From: Thermodesulfobacteriota bacterium
GTDB taxonomy: Bacteria > Desulfobacterota > Desulfobacteria > Desulfobacterales > C00003060
Reading direction: 5' to 3'
DNA: 64,000 nt
Assembly: GCA_034189385.1 (NCBI GenBank)
Contig: JAXHVD010000002.1
Location: 160,001 to 224,000, forward strand
Part shown: positions 54,101 to 62,061 of the stretch, one piece after another
Layout of the letters: each line of letters begins with the position of its first letter
Numbering within the stretch: position 1 is the stretch's first letter
The notes under the pieces: model-generated
Told to the model about the DNA's origin: nothing
Databases searched by the model: none
The model's input: only the letters and a program-made list of their open reading frames with translations
Made by a program: the position numbers and the translations under genes

Positions 54101-55958
54101 GTCGGGCTATGTAGCCAATGCTGGTGACTGTGACGACACCAACGGTGCCATTAATCCGGGTGCCACGGAAGTCTGCAATGGTGTGGATGACAACTGCGAC
54201 GGGACGACGGATGAGGGTTGCGCGACGTACTACCGCGATGCAGACGGCGACACCTATGGCGATGCCGGAGACACCACAGTGGCTACCAGCCAGCCAGCGG
54301 GCTATGTGACCGACTCGAGTGACTGCGACGACACCAATGGAGCGATCAACCCGGGTGCCACGGAAGTTTGCAATGGTGTGGATGACAACTGCGACGGAAA
54401 CACAGATGAGGGTTGCGCGACTTACTACCGCGATGCAGACGGCGATACCTATGGCGATGCCGGAGACACCACAGTGGCTACCAGCCAGCCAGCGGGCTAT
54501 GTGACGGATTCGAATGACTGCGACGACACCAATGGGGCCATCAATCCGGGTGCGACAGAAGTTTGTAATGGTGTGGATGACAACTGTGATGGCAATACAG
54601 ATGAAGGCTGCGCGACCTATTATCGGGATGCGGACGGTGACACGTACGGCGATTCTGCAGACTCTACGACGGCGACGAGTCAGCCGGCCGGTTATGTAGC
54701 AAACGCTGGTGACTGTGACGACACCAATGGTGCGATCAACCCGGGTGCCACGGAAGTTTGCAATGGTGTGGATGACAACTGCGACGGAAACACAGATGAG
54801 GGTTGCGCGACGTACTACCGCGATGCAGACGGCGACACCTATGGTGATGCTGGAGACTCGACCACAGCCACGAGTCAGCCAGCCGGCTATGTAACGGATT
54901 CGAGCGACTGTGACGACACCAACGGAGCCATCAACCCGGGCGCGACAGAAGTCTGCAACCTTGTAGATGACAACTGTGACGGAAACACAGATGAGGGTTG
55001 CGCGACTTACTACCGCGATGCGGACGGCGACACCTATGGTGATCCTGGAGACTGGACTACAGCTACGAGCCAGCCAGCGGGCTATGTAGCCAACGCTGGT
55101 GACTGTGACGACACGGACAGTGCCATCAACCCGGGCGCCACGGAAGTCTGCAATGGCTTGGATGACGACTGCGATGGGCAGAGCGATGAAGGGTGTCCGG
55201 CCCTGTATCAGGATGCCGATAACGACGGTTATGGAGATCCTGCCGGGCCTACAACGACCATTCCCCAGACAGGCTATGTGGCTGACGCAAGTGACTGCAA
55301 CGACAGCGACAACACGATCTACCCCGGCGCCCCTGAGGCCTGTAACGGCATAGATGACGACTGCGACGGGACGATTGACGAGGGCTGTCCTCCTGTTACG
55401 TATTACTACCGCGACGCCGACGGCGATGGTTATGGCGATCCCGGTGATTCCGTAACGACACCGACATCAGGGTACGTAGCCAATAATGACGACTGCGATG
55501 ATACGAATGACGATATTCATCTCGGGGCCACGGAACAGTGCAATGGGGTGGATGACGACTGCGATGGGGCCACAGACGAAGGTTGTGTGATCTACTACGA
55601 GGACTCTGATGGGGATGGGTATGGAGATCCTGCTTCCACAAAGACCGTAGCATCGCCTGCGCCACCACCGGGCTATGTGTCTAACAGCAGTGACTGTAAT
55701 GACAGCAACGCCCTGATCTATCCCGGCGCCCCTGAGCGGTGTAACAACAGTAAGGATGATGATTGCGATGGTCTAACGAATGAAGGCTGCATATCCGGTT
55801 TAGGCGGTGGCGGCGGCGGCGGCTTGAACTATGTGGGCGGCGTGGCCTTGCCGGTAGATAAGCTTGGCCTGCTGGCCCCCTGGGTGGGTCTGGCCGCGTT
55901 GATGACGGCCATGATCGCCTTGGCAACATGGAGGAAAAAGCGAGGCAGTATCACCTAA
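51108..55958 (+). CDS. Large acidic surface protein with ~21 Cys/Asp-rich repeats (MopE-like putative metal-binding motif + DxDxDG) and C-terminal anchor
   Basis: Signal peptide ending AYA; unit YYRDADGDTYGD...DCDDTNGAINPGATEVCNGVDDNCDGNTDEGC; TM + RKKR tail. Confidence 0.9.
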   Translation: MASSHTRWEVRHGIQIGVASFLLIWAITTAGIPKAYAVTYELTGDGLGLSQGNHGTSLTISPELSLSALTWGNCCGYPTGYPGIIYLHQTDGTGVRWGSTGLSSKKISGWGIGRYESLIFDFSSGADAQSITIWINEIHKHGGPSGSPVDLWVKPSSGSAFEIDDVSSYLHYTDGDTAYVDFSELSDLSGVGSIERVIVRANYGFHLYISRIDCQPFTDADGDGYPADNDCNDGDPNINPGATEICNGVDDNCDGDIDEGCPIYYRDADGDGFGDPDDTTTVPQSGYVSNGSDCDDTNGSIYPGATEYCNGVDDDCDGQTDEGCALWYRDGDGDGYGHLTDSSTYQHDDYTTHNNGDCDDSDSSINPGATEVCDGIDNNCDGLTDEGCTIYYRDGDGDGYGDSTDSQIATSPPYGYVDNDGDCDDSDSSINPGATEVCDGIDNNCDGLTDEGCTTYYRDGDGDGYGDVTDSQIATSPPSGYVPNSDDCDDTDDTIYPGATEACNGVDDDCDGVTDENCAIITYYRDADGDGYGDPMDSTTGTTPPSGYVADSSDCDDSDSNVNPGATEQCNGYDDDCDSFTDEGCPLLYWDGDSDGYGNPAGPTTKIPQAGYVADASDCDDTNGAIHPLATEVCNGVDDNCDGNTDEGCATYYRDADGDTYGDSGDSTTATSQPAGYVANAGDCDDTNSAINPGATEVCNGVDDNCDGNTDEGCATYYRDADGDTYGDSGDSTTATSQPAGYVANAGDCDDTNGAINPGATEVCNGVDDNCDGNTDEGCATYYRDADGDTYGDPGDSTMATSQPAGYVANAGDCDDTNGAINPGATEVCNGVDDNCDGNTDEGCATYYRDADGDTYGDAGDSTVATSQPAGYVTDSSDCDDTNGAINPGATEVCNGVDDNCDGNTDEGCVTYYQDADSDSFGNSSASQVATSQPAGYVPTPGDCNDNDNTVYPGAAELCDGKDNDCDTQVDEGCTLLYWDGDSDGWGNPAGPTSTVPQSGYVANAGDCDDTNGAINPGATEVCNGVDDNCDGTTDEGCATYYRDADGDTYGDAGDTTVATSQPAGYVTDSSDCDDTNGAINPGATEVCNGVDDNCDGNTDEGCATYYRDADGDTYGDAGDTTVATSQPAGYVTDSNDCDDTNGAINPGATEVCNGVDDNCDGNTDEGCATYYRDADGDTYGDSADSTTATSQPAGYVANAGDCDDTNGAINPGATEVCNGVDDNCDGNTDEGCATYYRDADGDTYGDAGDSTTATSQPAGYVTDSSDCDDTNGAINPGATEVCNLVDDNCDGNTDEGCATYYRDADGDTYGDPGDWTTATSQPAGYVANAGDCDDTDSAINPGATEVCNGLDDDCDGQSDEGCPALYQDADNDGYGDPAGPTTTIPQTGYVADASDCNDSDNTIYPGAPEACNGIDDDCDGTIDEGCPPVTYYYRDADGDGYGDPGDSVTTPTSGYVANNDDCDDTNDDIHLGATEQCNGVDDDCDGATDEGCVIYYEDSDGDGYGDPASTKTVASPAPPPGYVSNSSDCNDSNALIYPGAPERCNNSKDDDCDGLTNEGCISGLGGGGGGGLNYVGGVALPVDKLGLLAPWVGLAALMTAMIALATWRKKRGSIT
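51760..55790 (+). repeat. Intragenic tandem repeat, ~195 bp period, ~21 units
   Basis: Near-identical central units (53050-55190); synonymous variation between units. Confidence 0.9.
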
Positions 55959-56038
55959 CCGTTCACGGAGTGTTGGAGTACTGGAGTGATGGAGTGTTGG
56001 AACAAATGACGGACCCCGCAAGAGGATGGGAAAGAGCC

Positions 56039-56881
56039 ATGAAAGGCTGTGCAGTGTCACGCCAACAACCTCTGCCTGTCCCGAAACAGACACAGGGAGT
56101 GATACTAGGTTTTTTCTGTTTTCTCGCGTGCTTGTTTCTCCATCCGTCCGGTCAGGCATCTGACGTATACGCCGGCAAAGGGCCTTCTGCCAGGGCAGCC
56201 ATTGTGGACCATTTGAGCCTTACGGAGCCCAACCCGAGCTTTGTCAAGGCATGCAAGGCCCTATTGGAAGGGGCCGGATTTGCCGTAGATTACTATCAAG
56301 GTGAAGAGGTCACTGTGGACCTTTACAGGAATCTTCCCGCCCATGGATACAAGGTGATCGTTTTGAGGGTCCATTCGGCGTACATTCATAAGTATCTGTC
56401 CCTGGCCATGTTCACCTCTGAACCGTACAGCAAGGGGAAGTATGTCTATGAGCAGCTTCGAAACCGGGTGGCCAGTGGGCATCTTCAACCCTATGAGATA
56501 GGGGACCCCCAGCAGTTCGTCATTACGGACAAGTTTGTCCGTTTCAGCATGAAGGGCTCCTTCAATGATGCCCTCATCATGATGATGGGATGCACGGGCG
56601 TCAAGAGGTGCGCGGCAAGCGCATTCATAGAAAAAGGGGCCAAGGCATACATCGGCTGGAACGGCCTGGTTTCTGCGGGCCACACGGACAGGGCGACTAT
56701 CGAGCTACTAAAAGGCCTTCTACAGGAAAAGCAACCTATAGACCGGGCCGTGACAGAGACCATGAAAGAGGTGGGGCCTGAACCCCGGTACCAGAGCCGG
56801 TTGCTCTTTTGGCCCATTGAGGCCGGAAAGCAGACGGTGCATACGCCCCAGAACAGAATTGCTAAAGTGGCAAGCAAGTGA
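56039..56881 (+). CDS. Exported protein, possible clan CD (caspase/gingipain fold) cysteine peptidase
   Basis: Hydrophobic N-terminus; VLRVHS...LIMMMGC...GAKAYIGW pattern; start ATG 56039 (track 55928). Confidence 0.6.
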   Translation: MKGCAVSRQQPLPVPKQTQGVILGFFCFLACLFLHPSGQASDVYAGKGPSARAAIVDHLSLTEPNPSFVKACKALLEGAGFAVDYYQGEEVTVDLYRNLPAHGYKVIVLRVHSAYIHKYLSLAMFTSEPYSKGKYVYEQLRNRVASGHLQPYEIGDPQQFVITDKFVRFSMKGSFNDALIMMMGCTGVKRCAASAFIEKGAKAYIGWNGLVSAGHTDRATIELLKGLLQEKQPIDRAVTETMKEVGPEPRYQSRLLFWPIEAGKQTVHTPQNRIAKVASK

Positions 56882-57116
56882 GTCGTGTGTGCCGCTATTT
56901 GTTCCAGTGGTGATGAGGAGGTGAGTTACACAAGAGAGACGCACGGTGAAGTGATAGTGTCCATTCAGGTTTTTGATGGACCAATTTCAAGCATTTTTTG
57001 AGCATGAAGCATCGAAAGCTGGTCTTAAAAAAAATGCAGACAAAAGGAGGTGATATGGACGGGAGATGGGCTTTTCTTGCAGGGGAAAAGTTAGAAAAAA
57101 CAAAAAAGGAGGAGAA

Positions 57117-58436
57117 ATGAAAAAAGAGACAGATCTTGACAGAAGAAAGTTTTTGAAAGGCAGCGTGATCGGGGCCGGTGTACTGACCACCGGCTTTGCG
57201 ACCGGGCTGTCTTTACCGGGCACCGCCCATGCGTCGCTCCCCACGTTGCCGTTACCGTATTGTAGGATATATAACGGCTCAAGTTGGGTACCCAGTTCCG
57301 ACCCAGGGTCATACAGCCCTTCGTACAGACAGGCTGTCCTTGACCCGGATGACGTGAGGGTCATGACCTGGTGGTATTACAATTCGGGCAAGGGGTGAAT
57401 GCAGTCCTGTGTGTCAGGTTTGATGCAAGGATTCAAAGCGGCATTTGCCAGTGACAGCACGGACTGGGACTTTATTCCCTATGACATGTACATGTACGGC
57501 GGAGGCGGCATTGGCGGTTGGGGCACCCTGTGCGGGATTCCCAACGGTTGCGCGGCCTTGACGAATCTCATCGGCCTCCACGGCGCCTTGGGATCAGACA
57601 TCCTGGGCCACTATTCCAGCAGCGAGTGGCCGCCTAGGACGCTTGCGGACATGTACCACGATCCCGATCCCGTTTACGGCCCCGGTGGCTCGGGCGGCTA
57701 CACCTGGGTCAAGACACCCATGCATGATGACGACGTTTTGGCCCACGTGATTCCTTATTCACCCCTGTGCCACATATCCATCAGCAAGTGGTGCTATGCG
57801 GCGGGGGTCAACTTGGGTACCATGGGCACGGAAGGTTACCAGCACAAGAATGATCGTTGCGGCAAGATAGCCTCTGAGATGGCGGGTAAAACTGCTGAAA
57901 TGATCAATTATTACGCCCTTAACGTGGCCCGGTCAGACCCGTACGCGATCCCAGCGGCAACTGCAGACTGCTCTACCTGTCACTACACAGGCAGCGATCC
58001 CAATATAGCTCCCGCCCAGATCACCAAAATGGACTGCGCGGAGTGCCATGCGGTCACGCCCGACGCCGTTCATCAAGGCCTGAGGATGATCGTTGAAAGT
58101 GTGTGGACAGCAGACGGCTCCGGCACGCCCAAGAACACCTTTACCTCGGGTGACCCGATCCAGTACAAGGTTCGGTTCCACCTCTTGGGTGCCGGGTATT
58201 GCTACGTGAAGACCGGCGTGTCCAAAGTGAAAGACAGTGCCGGTGTCAAGATGCTGAAGCTTGTCAAGAGTGACACGTTAGTTGCAGCTACCTATGACTG
58301 GACGTGGTCTGATACCATCGACCCAACCGATGCTCTTGGCACGGCAAAGGTCATTATGCGTTTGAAGTGCTTCGACTATGAAGGTGGCAATGTCCTTGAT
58401 AATCAGGAAATGAAGTACAAGTTTACCATCGTATAA
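57117..58436 (+). CDS. Tat-exported split-Soret cytochrome / C-GCAxxG-C-C family protein with one in-frame TGA (putative Sec), two CxxCH and C-terminal beta domain; 439 aa
   Basis: DRRKFLK signal; YYNSGKG-TGA(57396)-MQS continues in frame into GGGIGGWGTLCG, LCHISISKWC, DRC, CSTCH, CAECH. Confidence 0.85.
57404..57432 (+). promoter_or_regulatory. Putative bacterial SECIS hairpin
   Basis: GTGTCA-GGTT-TGATGC with lower GTCCT/AGGAT stem; G-first loop 18 nt after TGA. Confidence 0.68.
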
Positions 58437-58615
58437 GCGCCTTCCGCAAAGAGCCTAGAGGCTTAGGAAGGCTCTTGGCATTTATCTATTGCAGCGAGGA
58501 GGGTCTGCAGTTGGGGGAACGATTGCACTTAACTCAGCAGCTGGTGTAAGAGACTGCCTGTCAGTCCCATCAGCAGCCGAGGTGGGAGTAGAGTATGGCC
58601 CTCCTTGTTCCTCAG

Positions 58616-58656
58616 GGGCGGAGCCCCCTACATATTGCGGGGCTCCGCCCTTTTTT
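58616..58656 (+). terminator. Rho-independent terminator
   Basis: GGGCGGAGCCCC...GGGGCTCCGCCC followed by TTTTTT. Confidence 0.85.
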
Positions 58657-58719
58657 CCTCCCCCTTGGAGAGGGAAAAGTGTTTCAATGTCCATGCCTGC
58701 CCGAAGGGCAAGTTGCTTT

Positions 58720-58832
58720 TTGCTTTTCGGCGTCTCAGCGAAAAGCAAAAAAAAGGATTCCTTTGCGTTCTTTGCGTCTTGAGCGACCCTGAGCAACGTC
58801 GAAGGGGAGCGGGCGGTGCATCATGACACTAG
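58720..58832. repeat. REP-like family C element plus a lone family B end (CATGACACTAG)
   Basis: TTCTTTGCGTCTTGAGCGAC...GGGGAGCGGGCGGTG matches 9148-9230 (reverse) and 35895-35933. Confidence 0.6.
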
Positions 58833-59182
58833 ATATGAATTGCCTTATAAGAAACGGATGGAAGGGGAGGTGATATTACAAGATCTTGGATGAAGGCGGT
58901 GTAGTACCGTCAGCTTAAGAAGGGGTTGGGGGACCCATTCTTAAGACGCAGGCGTTCACCGTTTTCCGTTTTCCGTTCACCGATACACGTTTCTTGGCAA
59001 AGCATGGAAATGCGAGGCTACCATAAGACCAAGCAAACGTTTTCAAAGAGGCTCCGAGAGGACCTATTTCAGGGTAGGCTGAAGGCGTAAAATTAAGAGC
59101 CTCCCCACCTACGGACAACGGATAACAGTCAACGGTGAACGGTTACATCAAGACAAACCTGCAAAACAAGAGGGGTGGAAAG

Positions 59183-59812
59183 ATGACCAGTAAGAGGAGC
59201 CTGTTGCTATTGGCCGGCTTTTTAGCGGTCTTCATCACAATGATAGGAGCAGCGAAAGCAGAAGAGGGGTTTCAGATTGACTCTGTAGTGGTCACTGATG
59301 CCTATGGTAACGAGATGGACGAATTCGAGGTCTATAACCCCGTCATGATAAAAGTGAATTATACCGTTGATGACGGGATCGCGCCCTGCTGCGTGAAGGT
59401 AATCGTGAAAGGCTTTGACCAGCGGCGTGTAAACAAACTGACTCTGGATTCTGCAGGTAGCGATACCATCACCGAGGCCCTGAATCCGACAAGATCCGGG
59501 GAGGCGAACATCAAGTGCATTTTGAAGGTGTTTAAGGACGGTGTGCTCCTGGGTAATAAGGACAAAGTCGTAAAGCACGTCACCATCATAGGTCTCCATG
59601 GTCCCGCGTGCTGGGGCTTAGAGGAATCCGAGTGCCGCAGTTGCCATGGGAATAATTTGGCAAACAGACACCACCTCACGGACACGGTTCTGAGAGACCA
59701 CCTGTGTACGGTTTGCCACCCAACATGTACGCCAGGTATTCCCAATTGTCCGAATGGGGTGCTGTTGATTAGGGATTGCCTGACGAGCGGCTGTCACACT
59801 CCGATCGATTAG
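59183..59812 (+). CDS. Small exported triheme cytochrome c with N-terminal beta domain
   Basis: Signal peptide ending AKA; CRSCH, CTVCH, CLTSGCH. Confidence 0.85.
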   Translation: MTSKRSLLLLAGFLAVFITMIGAAKAEEGFQIDSVVVTDAYGNEMDEFEVYNPVMIKVNYTVDDGIAPCCVKVIVKGFDQRRVNKLTLDSAGSDTITEALNPTRSGEANIKCILKVFKDGVLLGNKDKVVKHVTIIGLHGPACWGLEESECRSCHGNNLANRHHLTDTVLRDHLCTVCHPTCTPGIPNCPNGVLLIRDCLTSGCHTPID

Positions 59813-59862
59813 GGGTGCGTTTAAGTGGGGTTGTGATTGGGAAAATCAAGGAAGGGGAAAGA

Positions 59863-61674
59863 ATGAAAACGGATCGGTCTGCATTTTTGTTTCTGACGCT
59901 TTTGGCACTGCCCATTTTAATCCTGGTTGGCGCCCCTCATGTTTATGCGCTCGGCCATTACGGCATTCCCGGTACCCTGGACGGTTGTGATGTGTGCCAT
60001 GATTTCGCCGGTGGCTATTATGACAGCCCCACGTTGGGCAATCTTCGGTGGGTCAACTCCTCTATCGAATGGCCCTTGGGTACGGTCCACTCGCCCGTCA
60101 AGTTTACCATTTTTTCGAGCACTCTCCCTGCCGACGGGACCATGGGTGATGGCGACGACTTGACGCTGGATGGTCCCTGTGAAGTATGCCATACCACAGC
60201 AGATTACCACACCAATACAGGCGATGGAACGAACCATTTTGATGGTCAGAACTGCACGGCCTGTCATCCCCACTTTGCAAATGACATTATCAATTACTTC
60301 GAGCCCCGTTTCATTGGCACGCAATCCCATATCACCCACTGGACAGATCCAAAGGGGCCTCAACTGGGAGAGGATACCTGCACGGTGTGTCATTACGCAA
60401 GCGATTTTAGCCGGTTTGCCGACGGAGAACTCTTAGCCGACACGGCCATTTGTGATGGCTGCCATAGCCGTTACGGGGCCTATAACGGGGTGGACGATAC
60501 CACCGTCGGGGCCAAGGCCAACTGGGAGGAAGGGATCTACGAAGCGAACGGGTCCGACCTGAAACCCGGAAAAGACGATTGGTGTGCCACCTGCCATGAC
60601 AACGGGACCTCCACCGTGAATGGGGTCGATGCCCCCAATGTGATGGGCGATAACACCACCTATGGCTACAACCTGTCCGGTCACGGAGAATATGCTCTTT
60701 TGTGTAAAGACTGTCACAGCTACACTGTGTTGCACACAGACGGTGATGCAAGAACGTACGCGGCTGCAAGCAATAACTACCGGGACGGGTACAGGCTGAA
60801 CGAAGACATGGCTGTTCCCCGAAATGGTGAGATCCATCCGCAAGCCTTCAGGCTTTGCACCAACTGCCATACCTATACAGACATCACCGGGCCCACAAGC
60901 AACTTCAGGGATGATGGAAAGGGCCTGCAGTTTCATGAAATGCACCTCAACTGGTGGCCTGCCTTTATTTGTGCGGACTCGGATTTTGATGGTGTAGGCT
61001 GCAGTTCAGGGATCTGTAAGGATTCTGCCATGACTTGTATCAACTGTCACAATGTTCATGGGTCGCCCACAGCGCCTATGATCCGCCACGGAGAGCTGAT
61101 GAGCACTCCGGGTACGAGTGACAAAGTGCCTGCTTTGGATTTCCGTTGGTATAAGGCAGACGGTACGACGCAGACAACGGTACTGGAGGAGAGTCTTTAT
61201 GGTGGTCTGATTTGCGGGCTGATGCCCGATGTCTCGGTGAACCATGTCTGCTCTGGTTGCCACACCACCGCGCAGTTAAAGTGGTACAGAACCCCTGGAG
61301 GCCCTCTGGGCGTCACGGTGGAAGCGGTGTGGACCAGTACCCTGGCCGATGTCACCAAGACGGTATTTGCTCCCAATGAAGATATCCGGTATCACGCGCG
61401 TTTTAAGATTGTCGGGTCAGGCTCATACTTTGTGAAGGCCGCTGATTCAAAGGCAAAGAGCACTTCCGGGATATTTTGGAAAACCGAACTCGATCCAAAA
61501 AAGTTGACCCTCTCTGAAGGCACCTATGAGTGGACCTGGGATGAGGCCATTCCGGGAACGGCCACCCCAGGTTCAGGGGCAAAGCTCGTTGTTCTTATGA
61601 AGATGTTTGACGCCCCGGGAGGCACCTTACTGAGTAAAGAGAAAAAGACTGCAACCTTTAGCATCGCCCCATAG
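59863..61674 (+). CDS. Exported decaheme cytochrome c with C-terminal beta domain
   Basis: Signal peptide ending VYA; 10 CxxCH; start ATG 59863 behind AAGGGG. Confidence 0.92.
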   Translation: MKTDRSAFLFLTLLALPILILVGAPHVYALGHYGIPGTLDGCDVCHDFAGGYYDSPTLGNLRWVNSSIEWPLGTVHSPVKFTIFSSTLPADGTMGDGDDLTLDGPCEVCHTTADYHTNTGDGTNHFDGQNCTACHPHFANDIINYFEPRFIGTQSHITHWTDPKGPQLGEDTCTVCHYASDFSRFADGELLADTAICDGCHSRYGAYNGVDDTTVGAKANWEEGIYEANGSDLKPGKDDWCATCHDNGTSTVNGVDAPNVMGDNTTYGYNLSGHGEYALLCKDCHSYTVLHTDGDARTYAAASNNYRDGYRLNEDMAVPRNGEIHPQAFRLCTNCHTYTDITGPTSNFRDDGKGLQFHEMHLNWWPAFICADSDFDGVGCSSGICKDSAMTCINCHNVHGSPTAPMIRHGELMSTPGTSDKVPALDFRWYKADGTTQTTVLEESLYGGLICGLMPDVSVNHVCSGCHTTAQLKWYRTPGGPLGVTVEAVWTSTLADVTKTVFAPNEDIRYHARFKIVGSGSYFVKAADSKAKSTSGIFWKTELDPKKLTLSEGTYEWTWDEAIPGTATPGSGAKLVVLMKMFDAPGGTLLSKEKKTATFSIAP

Positions 61675-61971
61675 AAGAGAGGCGTGAACTTTGCATGTCT
61701 TCTAGCCATGGGGCCATATGTCCAGAACGAATCGTCACAGGGCGGTTCAACTGGCAACGCGAGGGCCATTCCTGTAGCTGCAATCGGCTCTCCATCACTC
61801 CACTACTCCAAGCCCCCATGCTGAGCAAAGAGCATTTTCATGCATGTGGTGTGCATGTGTGAGTAACAGATCCTTTGCGTTGATGCGTCCACATCCCTGC
61901 CCGGGCATGCTTTACAGATCCTACACATGGGGGATAAGCCCGAACTACCAGATATTGCAAAGTCTTCTCAT

Positions 61972-62000
61972 TTGACACGCCAGTCAGTTTTCGCTATAGT
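61972..62000 (+). promoter_or_regulatory. sigma70 promoter
   Basis: TTGACA-N17-TATAGT. Confidence 0.7.
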
Positions 62001-62061
62001 CCGCGCACGGAAAAACAAGTGCTTGTCACTTCAATACTGATTTTGTTCTCGGAGTGAACGA

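Noticed and set aside
51760..55790. CRISPR array or diversity-generating retroelement
   Set aside because: Repeats are in-frame coding units without unique spacers; no cas or reverse transcriptase gene in the window
58555..58590. SRP RNA (GTCAG...AGCAGCC resemblance) or tRNA-Sec
   Set aside because: Lacks the GNRA-capped helix 8 of SRP RNA and any TTCA anticodon arm or T-loop
59045..59110. Moco or glycine riboswitch
   Set aside because: GAGGCTC/GAGCCTC stem present but other conserved blocks absent; lies inside a short-unit palindromic repeat
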